This document shows, piece by piece, positions 10,541 through 19,623 of a DNA stretch of 64,000 bases. The position numbers and the translations under genes are program-made. This stretch comes from Candidatus Micrarchaeota archaeon. GTDB taxonomy: Archaea > Micrarchaeota > Micrarchaeia > Norongarragalinales > SBBD01. The notes beneath the pieces were generated by a model. That model was not told the DNA's origin. It made no database searches and worked only from the letters and a program-made list of their open reading frames with translations. The DNA lies in the NCBI GenBank assembly GCA_018819225.1, contig JAHJQN010000007.1:96001-160000 (forward strand). The letters run 5' to 3'. Every line of letters begins with the position of its first letter. Positions within the stretch are counted from its first letter, which is position 1.

Positions 10541-10804
10541 GGGGTCATAGTATAACTTGGCAGAACAGTAGCGACCTCTTTCTTTTCCAAAAAGAAAGAC
10601 CTCGACGAGAAAGAAAAGGGCATGCGGTCGCTGAAGCTCCAGTTCTTTCATGGCTTTTCATCAAGCCAAAAGAACGCCAAGTTAACGGCGTGAGGTAGTC
10701 TGAGCGTTAAGCGATGATTAGAGTGCCTGGAGCTCGGAATCATGAAGAGAAAACAGGCTCTACGGAGATACCTACGGATGGGGGTTCGAATCCCCCTGAC
10801 CCCA
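10541..10804 (+). tRNA. trnW: tRNA-Trp(CCA) with two introns; exons 10541-10571, 10636-10642, 10770-10804
   Basis: Acceptor stem GGGGTCA/TGACCCC+A; T arm GGGGG TTCGAAT CCCCC; spliced anticodon arm GTAGG-CTCCAGA-CCTAC; BHB-type central helices CAGT/GCTG (intron 30/31, 10572-10635) and CTCC/GGAG (intron 37/38, 10643-10769). Confidence 0.92.
10689..10748 (+). ncRNA. Intron-encoded box C/D guide RNA for tRNA-Trp Cm34 and Cm39
   Basis: CTGA 10700-10703 follows a guide pairing with TACCT (G at -5 pairs with C39); ATGATTA 10714-10720; guide CTGGAGCT plus degenerate D box CGGA 10735-10738 (G at -5 pairs with C34). Confidence 0.8.
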
Positions 10805-10805
10805 T

Positions 10806-10838
10806 GTCTGCGTCGGGGCTCTGCCCCCTTGTCCAGAC
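10806..10838. terminator. Hairpin between the convergent tRNA-Trp and GNAT genes
   Basis: GTCTG..GGGGC TCT GCCCC..CAGAC inverted repeat. Confidence 0.35.
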
Positions 10839-10855
10839 TGTTCGCTCCCCTTCCC

Positions 10856-11980
10856 TTATTTTGAGGGTTTCCGGAATCGACCAGTCGGATGCGATAAGAA
10901 AACTCGTCTTCTGGAAACCATGTAGTCAACGAGCGCTTTATTCATCCAAGGCGCGCCTGCTCCGACTCCGTAATTTTCATACAAGTGCGTAGATAGAATG
11001 CGTTTCCAATCGCGTGCCGAGGACGGAGCCTTCCGACTTAAATTCAAGTAGAATAGATCCACGGGAGAACTGCTTCGAACTAAATCCGCTTTCTTCTTGT
11101 ATATTGACGCGTTGGGTTCTCCTGCTCCTGAATATTCGAGGGCGGGCGATATTCCGCGGACGCCTTCCACTATCTGGAACCCGAGTTTGGCTCGGATAGC
11201 GGATGCCCTCAAGCGGTTCAGGATTTCAAGAAGCTCCGACTCCTGCTCTTCATTTCTTGTTTTCCTCTTTTTCAGAGATTCCATTCGGCCGATATCTTTC
11301 CGAGTCAGCGGTTCCCCTTCGATTAGAAAGTGTTCCGCCCCATTTTGAACGGCTTTACGAATTCGCGCATTCATCATTTCCGTTCCCAGTCCTTTCCCGA
11401 GGTATGCCGGGTTCACGGCAATATACTCTCCTACTGCCACTTTCGGTTTTCCGGGCTTCCGGCTCGTATGGGTCGTGGCGACTCCCACGATTTTCCTTTC
11501 CTCGTTGCGCGCGACCATGAAGTCATATTGGGGCCAGAATTCATGCATGCGGTTTTCTCGGAAGCTGTCGCGGAATCCGCTCAACGGCGAACGGTCTTCT
11601 CCGTGAAACGTCCTTCGAAGCAACCGGAACGCATCCGCTAATGAATTCCGTTGCGAGATTTCCTCTTTCGTCATCGTCGAATGTTTGAGCCTGCGAACGG
11701 ATGCTCCTAATCCTTTCACGGGGTTTTGCGCATTTCGAGTAAACGGAAGTCCGTATCTTCCCCTTTCGAAAGAAGCATCGTGTTGCCGCCATCCCATTCT
11801 ACGGATAAGTTCTCGCGAGTTCATGTTGCGGATCGCAGAAAAATCCGGCCGAGCGACATACGGGACGTGTTCTAACGTGATTGTTTCGCCCGTTTTCAAC
11901 CGCACGAGTTGAGGCCGCTCAAAAGAGCGTTTTCTAACGCTTGCGGGGTTGACCCGGCGAAGCGCTTCCGGCAAAGGCAT
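10856..11980 (-). CDS. GNAT-family N-acetyltransferase domain protein with long basic extensions
   Basis: EYIAVNPAYLGKGLGTEMM (motif A) and KLGF. Confidence 0.8.
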   Translation of the reverse strand: MPLPEALRRVNPASVRKRSFERPQLVRLKTGETITLEHVPYVARPDFSAIRNMNSRELIRRMGWRQHDASFERGRYGLPFTRNAQNPVKGLGASVRRLKHSTMTKEEISQRNSLADAFRLLRRTFHGEDRSPLSGFRDSFRENRMHEFWPQYDFMVARNEERKIVGVATTHTSRKPGKPKVAVGEYIAVNPAYLGKGLGTEMMNARIRKAVQNGAEHFLIEGEPLTRKDIGRMESLKKRKTRNEEQESELLEILNRLRASAIRAKLGFQIVEGVRGISPALEYSGAGEPNASIYKKKADLVRSSSPVDLFYLNLSRKAPSSARDWKRILSTHLYENYGVGAGAPWMNKALVDYMVSRRRVFLSHPTGRFRKPSK

Positions 11981-12015
11981 GCTAACAGAATGAGCGGTAC
12001 TCCATATAACTTTTT

Positions 12016-13542
12016 CTATATTTTCCTAACCCATCCGTTCGTCGCGTCCACGTCAACCCTTTCGCCGTCCTTCAACACTTTCGTCGCGATTTTTGTTCCG
12101 ATCAGGCATGGAATGCCGAGCTCCCTGCTCACGATGGCCGCGTGGCATGTTACGCCTCCTTGATCCGTAACAATTGCGGCTGCTTTCTTCATCGCAGGGA
12201 CCACGTCCGGGTTCGTCGCGTAAGCTACCAGAATATCGCCTTCATTCATTTTGGTCATGTCCGCAGCTTCTTGGATGATTTTAACCGTCCCTACCGCTTT
12301 ACCCAGCGAGGCGCACTGTCCTTTCAGCTCTTTCACGTCCATATCGATTTTTTCTTTCGCATCCTCCCCTTGTTTTCGGGCCGCATCCCCTATTAACACT
12401 TGACAAAATCCTTTCTCCGCATACAATGTGCAGAAGATCGTGCGTTCCCGAAGTAATGCGCGATCGATGCGCCCTTCCTTCAAAGCCATCTCGATTTCCT
12501 CAAACAACATGCAACGCATTTCGTGGTTGCTGATGTTCAACCGATCCGCGATTTCCTGAATCAACGCGTCCATGTGGTAAAGGGAAGTGATTTGCGCGTA
12601 TCTCCGGTACCATTTCGTCATCATGAATTCGGCGTATACGGCAAACAACTCGCGGTGGTACTCGTCGAATTCCAATTGTTTCTCGAGCTGTTCTTTTCTC
12701 TCGCGGTGTTCTTCAATGACTTCATCCATTTCCGCAAACGTTCTTTCCGCGTTTTTTCCGCTCTTGAAGAATTCGGCGAATTCCTTCAAGTAGTGTTCGA
12801 ATGCGTAGGGGATTCCGTAGTACATGAACCCTAACGGCTTGTACTTTTCCCAATGGGCTTCGATTTTTTTCCGTATGGCCGGAGGCAAACCCAAACGAAT
12901 GTGCTCGATGTCCTTTGAAAACAAGTTTTTCACGTATGCGTCCTTCCCGATTTCTTTCGCGATCCCCAAGAACTCTTTCGCCTGCCGGTTTTCTTCGCTT
13001 TCCGTGTCCGGAGTCGTTAAGGGCACGAGCCACGTGTTCACTTCCGTCTCATCCTTCGCTTTTTTTCGAATGTATTCCTTCAACGTATTCGTGTACTCCG
13101 GAAAAAACATGTCCGTTGAATTACTGAGCCAGCCCCATTCGTACAATCGCGTGTGCACTTCGAAGAATCCGTTCATCAACTCCCATAATTCGGCATTGCT
13201 TTTTTCTTTCAGGTTGTGTTGGTTGATCCGGGTTTTCGTGTAATCGGTCATTTCATCCGACAGTTCCACGATGTTTTTATTGATCGTGTGCCCGAATGGC
13301 GGGTCATCGGTTATTTTCTTGAGCACGTGCTTTGTAAACTCCAAGCAGTCGTTCTTCCCGTAGTAGAAACTCATGTCCACGCCATCGAATACGCCTAGTA
13401 CCTTCCGGTAGTTCCTTCCCACGGAGTTCTCCATGTTATTCGCAAAAGCACGGATCCAGATCTGGGAGAAGAAGAAGTCCATGTTCGGGATGTCTTCTGC
13501 TTTCATCCACGGGTCTTTGTTGTGTAATTCCTGAGCACCCAT
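12016..13542 (-). CDS. PEP-utilising enzyme mobile (phospho-His swivel) domain protein, no ATP-grasp domain
   Basis: C-terminal GDILVA..TNPDVVPAMKKAAAIVTDQGGVTCHAAIVSRELGIPC; about 400-aa helical N-terminal region. Confidence 0.85.
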   Translation of the reverse strand: MGAQELHNKDPWMKAEDIPNMDFFFSQIWIRAFANNMENSVGRNYRKVLGVFDGVDMSFYYGKNDCLEFTKHVLKKITDDPPFGHTINKNIVELSDEMTDYTKTRINQHNLKEKSNAELWELMNGFFEVHTRLYEWGWLSNSTDMFFPEYTNTLKEYIRKKAKDETEVNTWLVPLTTPDTESEENRQAKEFLGIAKEIGKDAYVKNLFSKDIEHIRLGLPPAIRKKIEAHWEKYKPLGFMYYGIPYAFEHYLKEFAEFFKSGKNAERTFAEMDEVIEEHRERKEQLEKQLEFDEYHRELFAVYAEFMMTKWYRRYAQITSLYHMDALIQEIADRLNISNHEMRCMLFEEIEMALKEGRIDRALLRERTIFCTLYAEKGFCQVLIGDAARKQGEDAKEKIDMDVKELKGQCASLGKAVGTVKIIQEAADMTKMNEGDILVAYATNPDVVPAMKKAAAIVTDQGGVTCHAAIVSRELGIPCLIGTKIATKVLKDGERVDVDATNGWVRKI

Positions 13543-13612
13543 CGCGGTCACCGATATGTTACTACTTATTGGTACTTCCAATCCTATTTAATTTTACCCG
13601 CGTATGCGCGGC

Positions 13613-14275
13613 TCATGCCCTTTGGAATTGCTGGAGTGCTACGGGCACCAACTTGGCTTCCGCCAGCCTCAAATGTTCCCTTAGCGCGGACTCCGATAAC
13701 CTTAATTTCTTGGAAAGTTGTTTGAGATTGATTTTTCTGGGGTACGTATAGTACCCGAATTCCGCGGCACGCTGCATGACGTTGAATTGTTGCTCGCTTA
13801 AACGCTGCATCACATCGGGAATAAAGAGATTCGTATTCTCTTGTTTCAAGCTCGTTAGTTCAATGGTGGCGCGTTCCGCCACCGCGTCAATTTTCTTATA
13901 GAGTCTCTGAATGCTTTCCTTATCCCAGCTTGCCACGGTCCAATACTCGAAACCGTTTTTCAGCATCTGGGGCTTAATGAAGAACACGCGCTCCTCCAGG
14001 ATCAGCGTGTGATACGAAATCGCGTCTTGCGGAATGCTGAAGAAGATGTAATTGCGTTCCGCATGGTGAATCCGATACCGCTCCATGGTTTTCAGTAATT
14101 GCTTAATGTACTTCTCCGTGTCCGGACCGTTTACCGCGAGCACTTTCGAGATGTGCGTTTCCTCCCCTTTCTTGTAGACATTCAAATAAATGCTAAGCAC
14201 CGTCACATCGTGCGTTTTCGTTAGGCGCAGCACCTCCGAGCTTTCGTGCCAGACCTTGAATTCCGCGATCCACAT
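13613..14275 (-). CDS. Transcriptional regulator with C-terminal HTH_10 (bacterio-opsin activator type) domain
   Basis: LSEQQ..A.EFGYYTYPRKINLKQLS..LSESALREHLRLAEAK; likely start MWIAEFKVWH. Confidence 0.88.
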   Translation of the reverse strand: MWIAEFKVWHESSEVLRLTKTHDVTVLSIYLNVYKKGEETHISKVLAVNGPDTEKYIKQLLKTMERYRIHHAERNYIFFSIPQDAISYHTLILEERVFFIKPQMLKNGFEYWTVASWDKESIQRLYKKIDAVAERATIELTSLKQENTNLFIPDVMQRLSEQQFNVMQRAAEFGYYTYPRKINLKQLSKKLRLSESALREHLRLAEAKLVPVALQQFQRA

Positions 14276-14378
14276 AACTAGCTGCACGTAAATCTTATTT
14301 TTAAACAAAGGGCAGATCTTTGAATACGCCAATCCTTGTTCCAAAACCCTATTAACCTATTTCGTGCGATCTAATAGT

Positions 14379-15299
14379 ATGCCCCGTCGAAAACCCGCGG
14401 AAGTTATCCCATACCATCCCCTTCGTGAGGTTCCACTTCTGGTAGCTATTGAAAATGAAGAGGGAGAACGAGCCGGATTTTCTATAGGCCATAATCACGC
14501 ATTGCTCATTTTTCCCAATTCCTTGATTCGAAGACGCCCACGCATTCTTCGCAGCTTAAGAACCGCAGTCCATCCTTCGCTTAGACCGCACATCTCGAGT
14601 TTTCCCCTAAAAAAAGCACACGAAAGACGCGTGTATTCCCTAAAATATTTAGATCCACCGCATCATACCTCCCGTGGAAGGAATAGGTATTTTCGAGAGG
14701 GTTTTTTTGCTGTTGGACTAGATCCCTTGACTAACTTTGAACTCGCTCGGCCTTCCCAAGCTCAACAATTAACAGATCACATGATTCAGACCGATGATAC
14801 GGATATCTCTCACATTCCTCCTAGAAAACTTCATTCCATACTGGGCGCGTCTTTCCGAGCCGAACAAGAACGATCGGTTCAGGTGGGAAAACATACGATG
14901 AGAATTTTGTTGGACCAATTGAAGCAGTGGCAAATTAAACGAGTCTTCATTAATCCGCCGGATTATTCTCTCCCGTATTCTACTACTCCTCCGACTATTG
15001 GCAAGGATGATGCACAAGCGACGTATGGCAATCCCGGGTTTACGCGACCCTATGTCTTATCGAAAGATATTCGAGATTCCTTTCTTCATTTTCAAAAAGA
15101 ACAAGTTTTACCTGGCGGAGTTAGAATGGATGTTCACGCGATTCATAGGAATCGGCGCCATAATTCTTTGGAACTGGAAGGTATTGCCGTAACACTCCAT
15201 CAATCGGTTTCCATTGGAAAGCTCGCTTCGGTTCTAAAGAATTTAGGCGTATATCGCAATTATAAGCCCGGAGAACGCGATTTGAAAGGCCTTCTATAA
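14379..15299 (+). CDS. Basic hypothetical protein
   Basis: 306-aa ORF with its own promoter-like element (AAAACCCTATTAA at about 14343); looks AT-richer than its flanks. Confidence 0.6.
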   Translation: MPRRKPAEVIPYHPLREVPLLVAIENEEGERAGFSIGHNHALLIFPNSLIRRRPRILRSLRTAVHPSLRPHISSFPLKKAHERRVYSLKYLDPPHHTSRGRNRYFREGFFAVGLDPLTNFELARPSQAQQLTDHMIQTDDTDISHIPPRKLHSILGASFRAEQERSVQVGKHTMRILLDQLKQWQIKRVFINPPDYSLPYSTTPPTIGKDDAQATYGNPGFTRPYVLSKDIRDSFLHFQKEQVLPGGVRMDVHAIHRNRRHNSLELEGIAVTLHQSVSIGKLASVLKNLGVYRNYKPGERDLKGLL

Positions 15300-15328
15300 C
15301 CTCCCTTCTTCAACTGACTACCGCAGAT

Positions 15329-16821
15329 TCATTCCTGATTATTTTTCAGTATGCGCACGATTCCATTTCCTGCATCCACTTCAACGCGATCCCCGTCCTT
15401 CAGCACTTTCGTAGCGATCTTCGTACCGATGACGCAAGGAATACCCAATTCCCTGCTCACAATGGCCGCCGCTTTCTTCATTGCAGGAACCACATCGGGA
15501 TTCGTCGCAATGGCCACGAGAATATCCCCTGGCTTCATTTTCATCATGTCGGATGGCGTGATGATGATTTTAACCGTCCCTACCGTTTTACCCAGCGAGG
15601 CGCACTGTCCTTTCAGCTCCCTCGCGTTCGCCTCGATTTTTTCATCAGCGCGTTCCGCCAACGTACGTGCCGCATCCCCTACGAGCACTTGACAGAATCC
15701 CTGGTATGCATACAACGTACAAAACTGTGTCCGCTCCCGCAAGAACCCTCGATCGATCGTTCCTTCCGTCAACGCCACTTCCATTTCCTCGAACAGCATA
15801 CACCGTGCTTCGTGGTTGCTGATGTTCAACCGATCCGCGATTTCCTGCAATAACGCATCCACATGGGATAATGCCGTTAGCTGTGAATACCTCCGATAAA
15901 GCTTCGTCAACATAAACTCGGCATATACGGCAAACATTTCCTTCTGATGGTCGCTCAGCTCCAACTGTTTTTCCAACTGCCTTTTTTTCGAGCGGTGTTC
16001 TTCAATGACCTTGCCGATTTCCGCAAACGTTCTTTCCGCGTCCTTCCCGCTCTTGAAGAATTCGGTGAATTCCTTCAAGTAGTGTTCGAAGGGGTAAGGC
16101 ATGCCAAAAAACATGCCTCCCAAGACGCGGTACTTTTCCCAGTATTGCTCCAACCTTCTCTTGTATTGCGGAGGCAAACCAATCCGGATATGCTCGATGT
16201 CTTTAGAAAACAAGTTTTTCACGTACGCTTCTTTCCCAATCTCCTTGGCTATTTCCAGAAAGGCCTTGCGTTGACGGTTTTCCACGCTTTCTTTTTCCGG
16301 CGTCGTCAGAGGAATGAACCACGCGTTCACTTGTTCTTCGTTATCCGTTTTCATTCGAAGATAGGACTTCAATCGCTCGGTGTATTCAGGATAGAACATG
16401 TCGGTCGCGTTGCTCAAACCCCCCCATTCATGCAGCGTCGTGTGCGCGGCCACGAATGGCTTGAGCAGCCCCAAAGCTCCTCATTCGTTTTTCGGTTCAA
16501 GTTCTTTCCATAAATGTGGTGTCGCGTGTAATCCGTCATCGCATCGGATAGCGTGACGATGTTGCGGTTGATCTCGTGGCCGAATGCCGGATCCTCGTCT
16601 ATCTTTTGAAGCACATGCCTCGCAAAATCCAGCGTATCCTGCCTTCCGTAATAGAATTTGAGGTCGGTTCCTTTGAATACGGCTAAGATCTTTTGGTAAT
16701 TCCGGCCGACGGCGTTCTCAATGCTATCCACGTACATGCGCAGCCAGATCTGCGCGGAAAAGAAGTCCATGTTTGGAATGTCTTCGGCCAGCATCCAAGG
16801 GTCTTCGTCACGTTGAACCAT
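15329..16821 (-). pseudogene. Frameshifted paralog of the PEP-utiliser-domain gene, lacking the phospho-His loop
   Basis: ORFs 16414..16821 and 15329..16474 align collinearly with 12016..13542; one G is missing at CTT TGG GGC (about 16470); 13 codons including TDQGGVTCH are deleted. Confidence 0.85.
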
Positions 16822-16846
16822 GCGATTCGCCGTTTACGCCGCCAAA

Positions 16847-18502
16847 CTAGGGAGCGGTTTCGCTTGAGGACCTTTTTTGCGCAATGTGTTCCACGATCAC
16901 TCCGAACGCCGGTCTCGTTAGCCCGACTCCCAGCACGATTCCCACGATGGTCGCGAGCGCGAAACCCATCACTTCCACGATGCCCGAAAGCAGCAACGGT
17001 AGCATGCTCACGATCGCCACTCCCGCAACCGTGAAGATGATGAAGAACGCTTTTCCGATGCGATCCTTCAAACCCCTTCCATGCGCCAGTTCATCCTCTT
17101 CATCATCGCGTTTCCTGAGCACTTCGTCCGTGATAATGATTTGGTCGTCGACTCCGGATCCAATGATCGCCACAATTCCCGCAACCGCCGCCAAATCCAG
17201 TGTTCCGAATATTCCGATGAACGAGGTCGTGAGCACGATTTCCACTAAATTAACGAGAATAATGGGCACCAACAAATCCATTCGTCTGTACCGCCAAACA
17301 ATCAATCCCATTACCGCGATAATCGCCGTAAAAATGGCGATCGCGCTGAACATCAAGAACTGTTCTCCTAAGGAGGGAGCGACCACGTACGCGCTTCCAA
17401 GCACGGTACTCACGGGCAGCTTTCCTCCCGAGATCACGCTCTTCAAGAGCTTGATTTCTCCCAACGCGTTTTTCTGCGCATCCTGTTCCGTTACGCCTGA
17501 AACCGATCCGGTCACGGAATAGAATTGCGATACGTATCCGTCGGCCAGCCCGGCGGATAGCACGGGTGCGGAAATCAAGCCAATCGCCTTCCATTCGTTC
17601 ACGATTCTTCCTCGGATCTGCGAATCGTACGAGTTGATGATCATGTCCTTGTCGTCTTTGACGACGATCCGGTTTTCTGCAGCGGTTGGATCGTCCGTGA
17701 AGCCCGCGTTCTTGAGCGTTTGAATCAAATCGCTTCGTTCTTCCGCAAGACTCTTTCCAATAATGACTTCCGTCTTGTTTTCATCCACGATGCGTTCCGC
17801 CAACGGTTCCGAGCTTTGATTTTCCACAAACAATACCAGTAATTTGTCGCCCTCGATTTCCGTCAGATCTTCTATCGCCTCCTCCAGATCTTGTCGCGCG
17901 GCAAAGTTGACGCCTTGCTGCAGGTTTTCCGCGTCCACCAGGATAGCCGTATTCCGCGGCCGGTCCAAATACATGTAGACGGGGTAATTCTCTTTTCCTT
18001 CCGCGGCTTGCGCGAATCGTTCTCCTCCGGCCCTCGAGGATGCAAAATTCAATTCCCATTGCGCGGTCGTTCCTTGAGGTATAATCAATTCGCCGGAAGG
18101 ACCTCCGACCGCATTCTGAACGATATCCGTTCCCTCCAAACCGACGTTTCCGTCCACCACGGCTTCAAAACGACCTTGCTGCCTCAAAATGCGCTCGACG
18201 CTCCGGATAACGGACGCATCCGCTTGCGGAATTTCAACGATGATTTCCTTTCCGCCTAATGGGCGAACGATGCTTTGCGACAACCCGAATTTGTTGATGC
18301 GCTGCTTCAAGGTTTCAATCGTATCCGTCATTTGATCCGACGTCAAATCCTGTTCGCTAATGATTGAAATGGGAATGCGTACGCCTCCCTTGAACTCAAT
18401 GCCTAAGTTCAATCCGTTGACCGCTACGAGAACGAGCGCCAATGCTACGGCGACGATGACGAGCTGAATCCGCCGATTTTTTAGTAATTGAGTAGCGCTC
18501 AT
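16847..18502 (-). CDS. secD: Protein translocase subunit SecD
   Basis: GLNLGIEFKGG, RINKFGL, VAPSLG, IGSGVDDQIIITDE. Confidence 0.93.
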   Translation of the reverse strand: MSATQLLKNRRIQLVIVAVALALVLVAVNGLNLGIEFKGGVRIPISIISEQDLTSDQMTDTIETLKQRINKFGLSQSIVRPLGGKEIIVEIPQADASVIRSVERILRQQGRFEAVVDGNVGLEGTDIVQNAVGGPSGELIIPQGTTAQWELNFASSRAGGERFAQAAEGKENYPVYMYLDRPRNTAILVDAENLQQGVNFAARQDLEEAIEDLTEIEGDKLLVLFVENQSSEPLAERIVDENKTEVIIGKSLAEERSDLIQTLKNAGFTDDPTAAENRIVVKDDKDMIINSYDSQIRGRIVNEWKAIGLISAPVLSAGLADGYVSQFYSVTGSVSGVTEQDAQKNALGEIKLLKSVISGGKLPVSTVLGSAYVVAPSLGEQFLMFSAIAIFTAIIAVMGLIVWRYRRMDLLVPIILVNLVEIVLTTSFIGIFGTLDLAAVAGIVAIIGSGVDDQIIITDEVLRKRDDEEDELAHGRGLKDRIGKAFFIIFTVAGVAIVSMLPLLLSGIVEVMGFALATIVGIVLGVGLTRPAFGVIVEHIAQKRSSSETAP

Positions 18503-19623
18503 TTGATTCCCCGATTGTCCGCATGCCACAATACGAGTGCGGCATTACCCGTCCACGTGGCAATAAAGTCCACGATCCCTCCGATGACTGCAACGGCTCC
18601 AATCTGCGAGTACGTTTGAATTTGTAGGATGCTCGCCACGCCGAGGAGCACGGCGAACGCGGCCACGGTCGTCGCGTTCATGAGGAACGCCGTTTTCATG
18701 GTATCGAAAATGCGTTGTCGCGCGTTTCCTTCCGATCTCTTGAGCACGCGAATGGTCAACAGCATGTCCGTATCCAACGAGAACCCCACGAGCATGAGTA
18801 ACGCCGCAACGGTAGCCAACGTCAACGGAATCTGGAACAGCCCCATCAGCCCTAACGTGATGATGAGGTCTGCGAACGCCCCGAAAATGACGGCGAGCGA
18901 CGGCAAGAAGCTTCGGAACACGAGCACAATCACGATTCCGGAAGCAACGAATGCGAACAACAGTATTTGCGTCACTTGCGAGAAGAAGAACTTACTCAAC
19001 GACGCCCCGATTTCCTTGCTGGTATACGAGTCGACTGGCACCACGGCTTCGATTTCCGACAGCACGTCTTCCCGAAAACTCGATTTTTGTTCCTGAAGCT
19101 CGGCATCCACGGCCGCGAACGCATCCATTCCATTGGTTGCGCGCGTTCCGGTCCCCAGTTTTTCCATGAGGTAGTTCGCTTCGCTCAATAGCGCTTGTTC
19201 CGATGCCTGCGCTTTGGCGCGCTGTTCCCGAATTTCATTTTCCTCGCCTTGATCGATCAATGCATCTAAGCGTAATTGTTCCGCGGAATAGTCTTCATCC
19301 AGGCGTTTGAGTGACGCCAACTGTTCCTCGACCTCGTCGAGATTCGGATTCGACTGCATTTCAATTTCGAGTCCTCGTCCCGACGGGTTCTCGAACACGC
19401 GCACGCTAATCTCCGGGGAAAGCGGGCTCAAGCGCTCTTCCAACTCCGTCACTTTCGCGTTCAAGTCGCCTTCTCCCGTATACACCGTAAACAACGCGCC
19501 TCCTTTCAGGTCGATGCCTTGCGGAATCATGGGGATAAAGAACAATGAGAGAAACATGAGCGCGAGTGGAATGATCAGTAGCTTGTGATAATCCGGCCGC
19601 TCGTATACGTTGGGGATGTTCAT
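18499..19623 (-). CDS. secF: Protein translocase subunit SecF
   Basis: GIDLKGG, AALLMLVGFSLDTDMLLT; ATGA overlap with secD. Confidence 0.93.
   Translation of the reverse strand: MNIPNVYERPDYHKLLIIPLALMFLSLFFIPMIPQGIDLKGGALFTVYTGEGDLNAKVTELEERLSPLSPEISVRVFENPSGRGLEIEMQSNPNLDEVEEQLASLKRLDEDYSAEQLRLDALIDQGEENEIREQRAKAQASEQALLSEANYLMEKLGTGTRATNGMDAFAAVDAELQEQKSSFREDVLSEIEAVVPVDSYTSKEIGASLSKFFFSQVTQILLFAFVASGIVIVLVFRSFLPSLAVIFGAFADLIITLGLMGLFQIPLTLATVAALLMLVGFSLDTDMLLTIRVLKRSEGNARQRIFDTMKTAFLMNATTVAAFAVLLGVASILQIQTYSQIGAVAVIGGIVDFIATWTGNAALVLWHADNRGIK

Noticed and set aside
10755-10775. AGG-CT-CTA could give an amber-suppressor (CTA) anticodon by alternative splicing
   Set aside because: It would need a 6-nt intron with no valid BHB; the CCA reading has two coherent splice motifs and matching guides
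16465-16478. Programmed -1 ribosomal frameshift in the PEP-utiliser paralog
   Set aside because: TTTGGGG is not phased as a canonical X XXY YYZ site in the upstream frame, and the product would still lack the catalytic His
9373-16821. Integrated element at tRNA-Trp
   Set aside because: No integrase or transposase and no duplicated tRNA end; GGGGTTCGAATCC near 30902 is a short match inside a CDS
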